From Flavobacteriales bacterium (GTDB lineage: Bacteria > Bacteroidota > Bacteroidia > Flavobacteriales_F > PHOS-HE28): DNA of 64,000 bases. The DNA is taken from NCBI GenBank assembly GCA_041747675.1, contig JBGTES010000002.1:66538-130537 (forward strand), written 5' to 3'. Every line of letters begins with the position of its first letter. Position 1 is the first letter of the stretch. The notes under the pieces are model-generated. The model searched no databases, had not been told where the DNA came from, and saw only the letters and a list, made by a program, of their open reading frames with translations. This document shows, piece after piece, positions 18,840-28,601 of this stretch. A program made the position numbers and the translations under genes.

Positions 18840-19580
18840 ATGGGCACTGTGCTTCAACAGCTCGAAGCAGCGAAGGGTTCAGGCAGGAAGTTGCTGGCCG
18901 TGCTGATCGATCCCGACTTCGGGCAGGATGAGCACATGCTGGAGCGCACCGTGCAGAACGCTTGTATGGCACGTGCGGACCTGTTACTCGTGGGCGGCAG
19001 TCTGCTCACTTCCTCCTCGTTCGACCGATGTGTGTCTCTTGTGAAGCAATGGAGCAACAAGCCCGTGGTGCTCTTTCCGGGCAGCCCGGCCCAGCTCAGC
19101 CGACATGCCGATGCGGTGCTCTTCCTATCGCTCATCAGTGGCCGTAACCCGGAGTTGCTCATCGGCCACCACGTCACGGCAGCACCCACCATCAAGGCCA
19201 TCGGTATCGAGCCCATTCCCACGGGCTACCTGCTGATCGATGGCGGAAAGCCCACCACGGTGAGCTATGTAAGCCAGACCCTGCCCATCCCATACGACAA
19301 GCCCGGTATCGCAGCTGCCACGGCACTGGCCGGAGCGATGCTCGGATTGCGCACGATCTACATGGACACGGGTAGCGGCGCTCTGCGCACAGCGTCCCCT
19401 GAGATGATCGCCGCTGTGCGCGAGGCCGTTGAGTTGCCGATCATCGTGGGAGGTGGTATCCGCACGGTGGAACAGGCACGCACCCTATGCGGGGCCGGCG
19501 CCGATGTGTTGGTGGTGGGCACGGCCTTCGAGGAGGATCCCGAGCATGTGTTCGCCATGAGCGAGGCGGTCCATGGGTGA
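18840..19580 (+). CDS. Geranylgeranylglyceryl / heptaprenylglyceryl phosphate synthase family (PcrB-like TIM barrel)
   Basis: LAVLIDPD...LLLVGGS...YMDTGSGA...PIIVGGGIRT motifs are typical of the GGGPS/PcrB family. Confidence 0.75.
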   Translation: MGTVLQQLEAAKGSGRKLLAVLIDPDFGQDEHMLERTVQNACMARADLLLVGGSLLTSSSFDRCVSLVKQWSNKPVVLFPGSPAQLSRHADAVLFLSLISGRNPELLIGHHVTAAPTIKAIGIEPIPTGYLLIDGGKPTTVSYVSQTLPIPYDKPGIAAATALAGAMLGLRTIYMDTGSGALRTASPEMIAAVREAVELPIIVGGGIRTVEQARTLCGAGADVLVVGTAFEEDPEHVFAMSEAVHG

Positions 19581-21576
19581 GCTCTCCTCATCAACCTCGC
19601 GGTCCATGGGACGCGTCACGGCCATCTGCCTGCTTCTCCTGGGTCATTCACCCAGCGGATCAGCGCAGGCGGACCCACTCTGGACGGTATGGAACGACAC
19701 CACCCAGCCGGACAGTGCACGCCTGAATGCCATGCAAGTGCTGGCCTGGAGAACCGTATTCGAGCAGCCGGACAGCGGCATCACACTTGCCGGACTACAA
19801 TTGGATCTGGCCCGGCGCAGTGGTTTCCGCCACTTGGAATATGAAGCTCATACGACCCTGGCTGTGGGCAGCACATTGCGCAGCGATTATGCGATGGCGC
19901 TGGAACACCTGCGCAGTTGTCTGCGGATCGCGCGTGGGATCGGCGACCGACGTCGCGAGGCGAACGCGCACAGCAACATGAGCAATGTGTATCGCAACCT
20001 GGGCGACCTGCCCCGGGCGCTGGAGGAACTTCAAAGCAGCATGCACATCGACCTGCTGTTGGGAAACAAGGAGGGTCTCGCGGGCACGTACAGTAACATC
20101 GGCAACATCCATTCGGAACTCGGCGACCTGGACCTGGCGCTGGATAACTACCAGCGTAGTGCGGACCTCGCCGAGGAACTTGACAGCGACCGTATCCGCG
20201 CGCAGGCCCAAATGAACCTGGGCGCCGTCTGGTTGCGAAAGGAACGGCCGGACACCGCCATCGCGGAACTCCACCGGGCCCTTGCGCTCTACCGCACCAT
20301 GGGCCGGAAACTAGAAATGGGCATGGCCTTGAACAATCTGGGGCGCGCTTTGGGCCAGTTGGGGCGCATGTCCGAGGCCCACACCAGTCTTGATTCCGCA
20401 TTGGTGCTTCTCAACAGCGTGGGAAGTGGCCGGCAGATCGCGCGCAACTGGATGAACCGTGGGGAACTGCACCGGCTCGACGGAATGCATGAACGCGCGA
20501 TCGCAGCCTGCACCAGGGGATTGCGTATCGCTTTGGAAGAGGCACTTCCGCAGCAGGAGATGGAATGCAGGCAGTGCCTGATGCAGGCCCACGAGGCAAT
20601 GGGCGACTACCGCAAGGCCTTCATCGAGCAGCGCAGGTACATGGCTCTGAACGATTCCCTGGAGACATTGAACAACAGCCGCGAGGTGACCCGTCTGGAA
20701 GTGACACGCGTGTTCCAGGAGCGCATGCTCTCCGACAGTCTCGTCAATGTGCGCCAGCGATTCGAGCAGGAACTGGCCTTTCAAGAGGACCTGGGGCGGG
20801 AGAAGCTGAGGCGCAATGCCTTGCTGTTCTCCGGTATCGGCATCCTCGTTCTCAGCATCGGGCTTTGGACAAGGCTGCGCCACGTGCGCCGTTCGCGTGC
20901 GGCCATCCAACACGAGCGTGACCGAAGCGAGCACCTGCTACTGAACATCCTACCCGCGCAGGTGGCCGAGGAACTCAAATCGAAAGGCGTGGCCGAAGCC
21001 AAACAGATCGATCAGGTCACCGTGCTCTTCACCGACTTCAAGGGCTTCACGGCCATGAGCGAGCAGCTAACACCCAAGCAACTGGTAAAGGACCTGCACG
21101 AGTGCTTCAGCGCTTTCGACGCCATCTGCCAGAAATACGGCATTGAGAAGATCAAGACCATTGGAGATGCCTATATGGCGGCGGGTGGTTTGCCCGTGCC
21201 CAATACCACCCATGCCTTGGACGTGATCGGGGCCGCTTTCGAAATGCGCGACTTCATCGCTGAGGGCAAAGCGCGGAAAGTCGCGATGGGGCAGCCATAC
21301 TTCGAGATCCGCATCGGTATCCACACCGGCCCTGTCGTCGCCGGCATCGTGGGCGTGAAGAAGTTCAGCTACGACATCTGGGGCGATACCGTGAACACCG
21401 CCAGCCGCATGGAGTCCTCAGGTGAGGTGGGGCATGTGAACATCAGTGAGGCGACATACACGCTGGTCCGTGAACGGTCAGGACGCCTGTTCGACTTCAC
21501 CCCCCGCGGAAAGATCCGGGCGAAGGGGAAAGGCGAAATGGCGATGTACTTCGCGGAGCGGGCCGTGATCACGTAG
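19573..21576 (+). CDS. Membrane-anchored class III adenylate/guanylate cyclase with periplasmic TPR repeats
   Basis: Signal peptide, multiple TPR-like repeats (NMSNVYRNLGDL..., YSNIGNIHSELGDL...), TM helix, C-terminal cyclase homology domain (VTVLFTDFKGFTAMSE...IKTIGDAYMAAGGLP...GIHTGPVVAGIVG...FSYDIWGDTVNTASRMES). Likely start at ATG 19606. Confidence 0.8.
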   Translation: MGELSSSTSRSMGRVTAICLLLLGHSPSGSAQADPLWTVWNDTTQPDSARLNAMQVLAWRTVFEQPDSGITLAGLQLDLARRSGFRHLEYEAHTTLAVGSTLRSDYAMALEHLRSCLRIARGIGDRRREANAHSNMSNVYRNLGDLPRALEELQSSMHIDLLLGNKEGLAGTYSNIGNIHSELGDLDLALDNYQRSADLAEELDSDRIRAQAQMNLGAVWLRKERPDTAIAELHRALALYRTMGRKLEMGMALNNLGRALGQLGRMSEAHTSLDSALVLLNSVGSGRQIARNWMNRGELHRLDGMHERAIAACTRGLRIALEEALPQQEMECRQCLMQAHEAMGDYRKAFIEQRRYMALNDSLETLNNSREVTRLEVTRVFQERMLSDSLVNVRQRFEQELAFQEDLGREKLRRNALLFSGIGILVLSIGLWTRLRHVRRSRAAIQHERDRSEHLLLNILPAQVAEELKSKGVAEAKQIDQVTVLFTDFKGFTAMSEQLTPKQLVKDLHECFSAFDAICQKYGIEKIKTIGDAYMAAGGLPVPNTTHALDVIGAAFEMRDFIAEGKARKVAMGQPYFEIRIGIHTGPVVAGIVGVKKFSYDIWGDTVNTASRMESSGEVGHVNISEATYTLVRERSGRLFDFTPRGKIRAKGKGEMAMYFAERAVIT

Positions 21577-21585
21577 GAGTGATCC

Positions 21586-22551
21586 TCAACGCATGACCAC
21601 CACGCGGGAGGAACCCAGCACACCCACTGACGAGATGGCCTGCATCACATAGGTGCCGGCGGGAAGTCCGGATAGGTCGAGCCAGCCGACGCCATCAGTG
21701 CCTTCGGGGATCCGCGTTTCCAGGACGGCCCGTCCCATGGCATCCAGCAGGAGGAACCGATCGGCACCCCGTACATCTCCATCAAAGGTCACGCGCAACG
21801 GACCATTGGTGGGGTTGGGGGCCACAGCGAACGCAGGGGTCGTCGTTGCAGCGTCGATGCCTTGCACGATACCCGTGATGAACCCTTCACTGTGGATGCC
21901 ACCTTCCCAGGATGCGGCGATGACCACTTCCTGGCCTTCGCTAAAGAGCTGCGCCTCGCATCCACCGCCACCCGACACTTCCAGGGCGTAGCAGCTTGCT
22001 GGGTCCAGCATCACCCACTGATCCTGGTCTTCCGCGCTGGCATAGGGACCACCCTGCACCACGGGCTGCCCCAGTGCATTGATCACGCGCCAGGTGGTGG
22101 TGTACGCGACGGGGCCGGGGACCACCACTTGCACCAGAAAACTCTCGGCGGTGGAAGGTGGATCTTCCACAATAAGTGAAAGGATGTTGCCCGAAGCATC
22201 CTCATCCGGGTTTCCGTTCACGCTGATGATATGGAACTCCAGCACATCACCGGCCTGAACATCGTTCACCGCGGGAAGGGCGGGGTTGCGCGACTCGTCC
22301 GGCTCCGCTTCCACGGGGAGCTGCCAGTCGAAACTACCCACGTGTAGACCGTTCTTCCAAGTATCCACCACGCAACTGCTCATGGCGGCCGCGCCGGTGT
22401 TCTTGATCGTCACCACCGGCGTGAAGATCCCGTCGCATACATAGCGCAGGCCCTTGTAGCGCACGAAGGATGCATCGTAGGTGAACTGCGCCACGGCGTG
22501 GAATGGTGCGCTCAGAAGGAAGGACAAAAGGATGGTATTGAAGTGCTTCAT
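21586..22551 (-). CDS. Secreted protein with T9SS type-A C-terminal sorting domain (hypothetical)
   Basis: Signal peptide. C-terminal about 80 aa (VAPNPTNGPLRVTF...LLLDAMGRAVLE...LDLSGLPAGTYVMQAISSVGVLGSSRVVVMR) fits the type-A CTD. Lies 110 nt downstream of the riboswitch-controlled TBDR on the same strand. Confidence 0.65.
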   Translation of the reverse strand: MKHFNTILLSFLLSAPFHAVAQFTYDASFVRYKGLRYVCDGIFTPVVTIKNTGAAAMSSCVVDTWKNGLHVGSFDWQLPVEAEPDESRNPALPAVNDVQAGDVLEFHIISVNGNPDEDASGNILSLIVEDPPSTAESFLVQVVVPGPVAYTTTWRVINALGQPVVQGGPYASAEDQDQWVMLDPASCYALEVSGGGGCEAQLFSEGQEVVIAASWEGGIHSEGFITGIVQGIDAATTTPAFAVAPNPTNGPLRVTFDGDVRGADRFLLLDAMGRAVLETRIPEGTDGVGWLDLSGLPAGTYVMQAISSVGVLGSSRVVVMR

Positions 22552-22660
22552 GGAAAAGCGGTTGAAGTGCCAAACCTAGGCCACCTCGTTGTGGACAGCA
22601 ATAGAACCTTGGTTAGTGGCCCCTGCCACAGAGCGATGCCAAAGTGCAGGGGCAGGGCCC

Positions 22661-25063
22661 TCACCACCGCACCACCACCCCGCCCAGCACATGGAAGGGC
22701 GCCTGCGGGAAGAGGCCCACCATGTCCTGGCGTGTTCCGCCTTCGACGAAGCTGTACACCCAGCCGTTGTTCTCGTACAGCTCGCTGAAGAGGTTGCGCA
22801 ACGTGAGGTTGAGGTCGATCGATCGCATGCCCTTGAAGCGCAACAGCGATACGTTGAAGCGCAGGTCGTGTACCAGGAAGGGATCCAGCATGCGGTCGCG
22901 GCTGGCGGTGTTGTCCAGGTACTGCTCGCCCACGTACTTGGTCACGAAGGCCACATCGCCCTGGCCCTTCCCGGGCTTGTCCCAGAAGCGGAAGCCCAGC
23001 TCGCTGCCTACGACGATCGATGGCGAGAAGGCGATGTCCGTGTCCCCCACTGCGCGCTCCACCTGCCCGCCATTGTCCCAGTCATCGAGGAACTCGGTGA
23101 AGCCCTTGATGCGGTTGCGGCTGAAGGCGGCGTTGGCGCGCCACACCAGCCGGCGTGTGAGTTGCGTGGTCCAGGTGAGCTCGGCGCCGGCACGGTAGCT
23201 CTCGGACACGTTGGTGCGCAGCGGATAGCCCACGTCATTCAACTCACCTGTGAGAACCAGCTGATCGGTGTAGTCCATGTAATACAGGTTGATACCCCCG
23301 GCGAAGCGGCCGCTGCGGCGCTCGTAGCCCAGCTCGTAGTCGATCATGCGCTCGTGTGTGGGACGGCTCTGCGGGCTGCTTTCGATCAGGTCGCGGCGAT
23401 TGGGCTCGCGGTTACCCACGGCCACGCTGGCATAGACGCGGCCTCCCTCATGCGCCTTCCATTGCACACCGCCCTTCGGGTTGAAAAAGGTCCAGTCGGC
23501 CTCCTGCGTCACGTTCTCCAGGTCGTTGTTGAAGCCAAGGAAGTCGTGCGTGACGGTGCGCAGCTGTGCATCGGTGAAGAGATCCACACGATCGTTGACC
23601 ACATAGTTGAACTTGGCGAAAGCATTGCCGTCCGTCTTGGTGCCTGTGTTGTCGTAGTAGCGTTCGCGGATGTCACTTTCACCGGCCCAGCGCGCCCAGA
23701 TCACCTCGCCGAAGTGGTCGTTGCTGTAGTGGCTGTAGCTGCCGCCCAGCACCAGCTTGTGCGCGCCCAGGCGCTGCTCCAGCGTCACGTTCACGCCGTC
23801 CAGCGTGTTGTCCAGCCAGCGGCGGCGGATCAGGTCGCTCCGCGTGATGGTGGTGTCTCCGACAACGATCGGTGTGATGCCATAGTTGCTCAAGGGATCG
23901 TCGTCCCGGAACTGCTCAAAGAAGCCCGTACCCAGTACGCGGAACAGGGTGATGTTGAGGTTGGCGTGCTCACTCAGTTCCTGGTCGAAGAGCAACTGGT
24001 AATGCGTCTGCTGGTAGTCGTCCACCTGGTTGTCGTAGTTGTAAGGATTGAAGGTGCGGTTGGTGTCAAGCACTTCGCGTGGCACGCCTTCCCAGGCCTG
24101 GTAGGTGACCTCCTTGCCGCTCATGGTGAAGAAGCGCAGCGAACGTTTCTTGCCCAGCCATGCCGCCTGGAACTGGTAGCTGCGCAGGTCAGCGGTGGCG
24201 CGATCGATGTAGCCGTCGCTGCTGATGCTGCTGAGCCGTCCATCGATGGAGAAGGCACCCGCTTCGCCGCCCTGGTTCATGAGCCCCGTGCCGAAGCGCG
24301 CGTTGTAGCGCTGCGTGTTGAAGCTGCCTCCGAAGGCGCTGATCTCGCCAAAAGCTTCCTTGCGGATGGCCGCGCTGCGCATGTTGATGCTGGCCCCGAA
24401 AGCGCCCGGCCCGTTGGTGCTGGTGCCCACGCCACGCTGGATCTCGATGTCCTCCAAGCCGCTGGCCAGATCGGGCATGTTCACCCAGAACACGCTCTGG
24501 CTCTCGGGGTCGTTGATGGGCACACCGTTGAGGGTGACGTTGATCCGTGTGGCATCACTACCGCGGATGCGCAGGCCGGTGTAGCCGATGCCCGTGCCCG
24601 CATCGGTGGTGGTGACCACACCGGGTTGCTGATCGAGCAAGATGGGCAGGTCCACCCCGGTGTTGATGCGGTCCAGTTCCTCGCGCGTCACCTTGCTCAC
24701 GGCGAAGGGCGCACGGTCGCCAGCGCGCAGTGCGGTCACCTCGGCCTCGCGCATCAGCACCAGGTTCGGCAGCATACGCAGGTTGAAGCTGTTCTCGCCG
24801 GAGGCAAGCTCAAGCAACGTATCCACCGGCAGGTAGCCGATGTACGACAACCGAAGTCGCAGTGCGCCGGAACGCAAACCGCCGATGGCAAAACGGCCTT
24901 CACGGTCGGTGCTGGTGCCGAAGCGTTGTTCATCGCCCACGATGAGGCTCACGCCATCGAGCGGGGAATCGCCTTCGCCGGTGATGGTGCCCGAAAGGCG
25001 TGTCTGGGCGTGCGTGGAAAGGGCCAGCAGTGTGGCCGCGAACAGGGTGTACATGATCTTCAT
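22661..25063 (-). CDS. TonB-dependent receptor, candidate thiamin / thiamin-derivative outer-membrane transporter
   Basis: 800 aa. Signal peptide, CarboxypepD_reg-like N-domain, plug (TQRYNARFGTG...), beta-barrel ending aromatic ...VVVRW. ATG verified at 25063-25061. Immediately preceded by a TPP riboswitch. Confidence 0.85.
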   Translation of the reverse strand: MKIMYTLFAATLLALSTHAQTRLSGTITGEGDSPLDGVSLIVGDEQRFGTSTDREGRFAIGGLRSGALRLRLSYIGYLPVDTLLELASGENSFNLRMLPNLVLMREAEVTALRAGDRAPFAVSKVTREELDRINTGVDLPILLDQQPGVVTTTDAGTGIGYTGLRIRGSDATRINVTLNGVPINDPESQSVFWVNMPDLASGLEDIEIQRGVGTSTNGPGAFGASINMRSAAIRKEAFGEISAFGGSFNTQRYNARFGTGLMNQGGEAGAFSIDGRLSSISSDGYIDRATADLRSYQFQAAWLGKKRSLRFFTMSGKEVTYQAWEGVPREVLDTNRTFNPYNYDNQVDDYQQTHYQLLFDQELSEHANLNITLFRVLGTGFFEQFRDDDPLSNYGITPIVVGDTTITRSDLIRRRWLDNTLDGVNVTLEQRLGAHKLVLGGSYSHYSNDHFGEVIWARWAGESDIRERYYDNTGTKTDGNAFAKFNYVVNDRVDLFTDAQLRTVTHDFLGFNNDLENVTQEADWTFFNPKGGVQWKAHEGGRVYASVAVGNREPNRRDLIESSPQSRPTHERMIDYELGYERRSGRFAGGINLYYMDYTDQLVLTGELNDVGYPLRTNVSESYRAGAELTWTTQLTRRLVWRANAAFSRNRIKGFTEFLDDWDNGGQVERAVGDTDIAFSPSIVVGSELGFRFWDKPGKGQGDVAFVTKYVGEQYLDNTASRDRMLDPFLVHDLRFNVSLLRFKGMRSIDLNLTLRNLFSELYENNGWVYSFVEGGTRQDMVGLFPQAPFHVLGGVVVRW

Positions 25064-25104
25064 CTTCCTCCGTGTTGGTCGTCATCGCACGGAGGCGCCC
25101 ACTC

Positions 25105-25200
25105 AAGTGGGATCGGTTCTTCCTTGGCAGCATTACCTGCCCAGGTTCTGCGGGTGTGATCTCAGCCGGCCTATTGGCGGGCACCCCGGGGATGACGGGG
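25105..25200 (-). promoter_or_regulatory. TPP (thiamin pyrophosphate) riboswitch, THI-box aptamer with RBS-sequestering expression platform
   Basis: Minus-strand read: CCCCGGGGUGCCC-GCCAAUAGGCCGG-CUGAGA-UCACACCC-GCAGAACCUGGGCAGGUAAUGCUGCC-AAGGAAG. This aligns block-for-block with the E. coli thiM aptamer (GGGGUGCCC...CUGAGA...ACCC...ACCUGAUCUGGAUAAUGCCAGCGUAGGGAAG). Downstream 8-bp stem CCUCCGUG...CACGGAGG (25093-25066) occludes a GGAGG 3 nt before the AUG at 25063. Confidence 0.75.
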
Positions 25201-25271
25201 CGAAGGTAATCAGATGATGGGGCGATCAGATGATCAGATGATGGGGGCTGATCGATGCGCCTCCCACCCCA

Positions 25272-25925
25272 TCAACTCGCCGCCCCGCGCATCATCGCCT
25301 CCACCACATCCACCGCCTTCTGCACGCGCTCCTCAGGGTCGCCTTCGATGATCACGTAAGGGAAGCCGTAGGCCTTCAGCTCGCGCTCCCACACGTCGAA
25401 CAGCCGGTCGCGGTCGTGCGGGTTCTCGCGCTGCGGGTCGGGCTCCCAGGGGATGTCCGGCCGGCAGAGCAGGCGCAGGTCGTACCTCAGCACACGCACC
25501 AAGTGTTCGATCTCCGGGTGTACCTGTCCGAATTTCTCCTGGCTCCAGATCTTGATGTTGAGAATGTCGGTGTCGAAGAACATCGGCTTGCGGGGTGCGC
25601 GCCTGGCGATCGGGTCCTTGCCATGAATGGCCTGGTGGTGTTCCTCACCGAACCGGGCCGCATCGCCGAACCACTGCGCATGGCCCCGGGCCATCTCCAC
25701 CAGGTCCTCTTCGTTGTAGGGCCGGTCCAGTTCATCGAGGTACTCGCGCGTGGCGTCCCCGACGTATCCGCCCATGGTGCGGAACATCAGTTGCTCGGCG
25801 AGGGTGGTCTTGCCAGAGCTCTCGGGGCCTACGATCGCGATGCGCAAGGGCAGCCTGTTCTGTTGGGAGAGCCAAGTTATCGAGCTGGCGGAAATGAAAT
25901 GTTGGTATCGCCATCCGCAAGGCAA
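25272..25925 (-). CDS. NadR-type (AAA_28) P-loop kinase, ribosylnicotinamide-kinase-like, paralog 1
   Basis: Walker A IAIVGPESSGKTTLAEQL, Walker B-like FFDTDILN. Overall architecture of the NadR C-terminal RNK domain. Confidence 0.65.
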   Translation of the reverse strand: MPCGWRYQHFISASSITWLSQQNRLPLRIAIVGPESSGKTTLAEQLMFRTMGGYVGDATREYLDELDRPYNEEDLVEMARGHAQWFGDAARFGEEHHQAIHGKDPIARRAPRKPMFFDTDILNIKIWSQEKFGQVHPEIEHLVRVLRYDLRLLCRPDIPWEPDPQRENPHDRDRLFDVWERELKAYGFPYVIIEGDPEERVQKAVDVVEAMMRGAAS

Positions 25926-25951
25926 GACCTGAAGGGGGTCGAACGCATCGC

Positions 25952-26548
25952 TCAGTTGGTCGCGCCCCGCAGCATCGCCTCCACGATGCTCACCGCCTTG
26001 CTCACCCGGTGCTCATGGCTGCCTTCGATGATCACGTATGGGAAGCCGTAAGCTTTCAGTTCACGCTCCCAAACGGCGAAGATCCGGTCGCGGTCAAGCG
26101 GCGGCACGCGCAGCGGGTCGGGCTTCACCGCAAAGTCCGGCCGGCAGAGGAGGCGCAGGTCGTACTTCAGCTCGCGCACCAGCCGCTCGATCTCCGGATC
26201 TACGCGGCCGAACCGCTCCAGGCTGAGGATCTTCAGGTTGAGGATGTCCGAGTCGAAGTAGGTGGGTTCCAAGGGCACGCTCTGGCCGATCACGGGGTCG
26301 TCGCCATGGATGATCTCCCAGTACTCTGCCGCCAAACCGGGGACACTCTGGAACCATTGGGCCTGGCTGTACGCCATCTCCAGGAGATCCTCCTCGGTGT
26401 GGCGCTCCTCCTCCTCGTCATCCACGTACTCGTGTGTTCCATCCGAGATGCGCCCACCACCCAGGCGCAGCATCAACTCATCGGAAATGGTGGTCTTCCC
26501 GCTGCATTCGGGTCCCACGATGGCGATGCGGACAAGTGTGATCGACAT
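25952..26548 (-). CDS. NadR-type (AAA_28) P-loop kinase, ribosylnicotinamide-kinase-like, paralog 2
   Basis: IAIVGPECSGKTTISDEL, YFDSDILN. About 50% identical to the adjacent paralog, with strongly conserved C-terminal halves (KYDLRLLCRPD...RDRIF.VWERELKAYGFPYVIIEG). ATG at 26548. Confidence 0.65.
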   Translation of the reverse strand: MSITLVRIAIVGPECSGKTTISDELMLRLGGGRISDGTHEYVDDEEEERHTEEDLLEMAYSQAQWFQSVPGLAAEYWEIIHGDDPVIGQSVPLEPTYFDSDILNLKILSLERFGRVDPEIERLVRELKYDLRLLCRPDFAVKPDPLRVPPLDRDRIFAVWERELKAYGFPYVIIEGSHEHRVSKAVSIVEAMLRGATN

Positions 26549-26653
26549 GGGTCGAGGTGATCGGTGCGGTGGCCACAAGATAACTTTCCACCACAGGCAG
26601 GCAGCGGAACGCCCATCCCGCGCGTCGATGGAATAGACCCTGACCCCGGTACC

Positions 26654-28504
26654 ATGATGCGCACCCTACTCCTCCCGATCGCCCTTTCGTTCGCATGTGG
26701 CACTCAAGCCCAACTCGGCCCTTGCACGGAAGCTCCCATCGCAGCCCACCTGTTGGAAGTGAATGCGCAGTGGTCCCAATTGGATCCGATGGCATTAGGA
26801 AGTACAGCACCTACCTCCTTCCACAATGACACTGAACGCATCGCCACGCACCTCTATATGGTCCACGACCGTCTCCTGGAACGTATGCCGGAAGGGCTCT
26901 CGGCCGATCAACAAACGAAACGGATGCGTTCGCTCGAGCGCCTGACACACTATGCCAACGATCAGCGTTTCCCGAAGAACAACATCCTGCCCTATCGCAA
27001 TCCGGTCTTCATCGATCCGAACGGAACAGCCTGTGCAGTGGGCTGGCTGATGATCGAAAGCGGGCACCACGCGCTTGCCGAGGAGATCAGCACATCGATG
27101 AACCTGGCCTATGTGCTGGAGATGCCCGGCTCCCCACAATGGCCTGCGATCTCATCTTGGGCTATGGAGCATGGCTTCAACGCGGAGGAACTGGCCTGGA
27201 TCCAGCCGGGTTATGCCCCCAACATTCCCTGGATCGCGCTGGGGGGGGGCACGAACGGACCCGTGCATGTGCTGCATAGTCTCGCCAATGGCGAGTTGCT
27301 TGTGGCGGGTGACTTCACCGAAGCGGGCGGCGTGCTGGCCCAGCGCGTGGCCATCTGGGATGGCGACAACTACATCGCCCTTGGTGGCGGGCTGCAGGGG
27401 GAAGTCGCCTGTGCCGTGGAATTCGAAGGATCCATCTACGTCGGTGGCATGTTCCTCAATGGTCCGGAGGACCTGGCCCGATGGGACGGCACATCATGGA
27501 GCTTCAGCACAGTGTTCGATGGAAAGCTGCCGCGCATCACCGCCCTGCATGTGCATGACGGCAGGCTCCATGCAGCGGGTTCCATCATGGGATTCGCTGG
27601 CGAGACCTTCCAGGTGATGCATCGGGAAAATGAACAGTGGTCCGTTCTCGGCGATCCTTTCAACGATCAGATCTTCGCCATGACCACCTTCAACAATGAA
27701 CTGGTGGCCGGTGGTGCCTTCACCCAGCCGGTCTCCGAGATCGATCCGCTCATGCTGCGTGTGGCACGCTACGATGGTTTCGGCTGGGCCCAGCTCGCCG
27801 ATGGTCTCGATGCCGTGGTGCGATGCTTCGCGCAGATGGATGGGAAACTTTACGCCGGGGGCGACCTGTATGCCGCTGAGGAGGAACCCGCTTTCGGTCT
27901 TGCACGCATCGCGCCCTTGGCGGATACCTGGGAGCACCTGCTGCCCAACCACCCCATTTACATGCCGCTGGACGAGGAATGGAGTGTGCAGCCCAAGTGG
28001 ATCGCTGCCCTGGCCGTGCAGGACGATGCCCTTTACTTCGGCGGCGAATTCCCCCTGTTCGAAGGCTTCGATGTTGTCGGCAGCCATGTCGGGCAGTTCC
28101 ATGCACCGGACCAAACCTCCGTGCTGGCTCCGATCTTCCCACCGGTCCATGCCCTGGCGATGTATGACTGGCGCCTTGTTCGCGGTGGTGAGTTCTGGTC
28201 TCCCATACCCTACGTGGCCATCACCGATATGACCATGGGCACAGGACCGTCCCCAGGGATGCCTACCACCACGATGTGCTATCCCAATCCCGCCGAAGAC
28301 CAGCTGGTGGTGGTACTGCCTGAAGGGATGCGCGACCTGCGTGCCTGGGTCGTGACCAACGTGCAAGGTCAACGGGTATCGCCGCCCACGGTAGGCACTG
28401 GTGATGGCCTGCGGATCGATGTATCCGCTTTGGCCGCCGGGATGTACCAGGTGACGATGCTCGTGGATGAACACTCCATGACCACCACGTTTCTGAAAGA
28501 ATAG
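26654..28504 (+). CDS. Secreted beta-propeller protein with T9SS type-A C-terminal sorting domain
   Basis: Signal peptide MMRTLLLPIALSFACGTQAQ. Repeated blade-like units (GDFTEAGGV..., ARWDGTSWS..., ARYDGFGWAQ...). C-terminal CTD CYPNPAEDQLVVVLPEG...LRIDVSALAAGMYQVTMLVDE...TTFLKE. Confidence 0.65.
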   Translation: MMRTLLLPIALSFACGTQAQLGPCTEAPIAAHLLEVNAQWSQLDPMALGSTAPTSFHNDTERIATHLYMVHDRLLERMPEGLSADQQTKRMRSLERLTHYANDQRFPKNNILPYRNPVFIDPNGTACAVGWLMIESGHHALAEEISTSMNLAYVLEMPGSPQWPAISSWAMEHGFNAEELAWIQPGYAPNIPWIALGGGTNGPVHVLHSLANGELLVAGDFTEAGGVLAQRVAIWDGDNYIALGGGLQGEVACAVEFEGSIYVGGMFLNGPEDLARWDGTSWSFSTVFDGKLPRITALHVHDGRLHAAGSIMGFAGETFQVMHRENEQWSVLGDPFNDQIFAMTTFNNELVAGGAFTQPVSEIDPLMLRVARYDGFGWAQLADGLDAVVRCFAQMDGKLYAGGDLYAAEEEPAFGLARIAPLADTWEHLLPNHPIYMPLDEEWSVQPKWIAALAVQDDALYFGGEFPLFEGFDVVGSHVGQFHAPDQTSVLAPIFPPVHALAMYDWRLVRGGEFWSPIPYVAITDMTMGTGPSPGMPTTTMCYPNPAEDQLVVVLPEGMRDLRAWVVTNVQGQRVSPPTVGTGDGLRIDVSALAAGMYQVTMLVDEHSMTTTFLKE

Positions 28505-28601
28505 GGAGGTTCCAGCCATGATCGGATGATGTGCGGGCCGATCGCCCCAATGGACCCTGGACGAACGATCTCGTGCATGGCGTGTTCCTTTGTGTCCGTA
28601 T

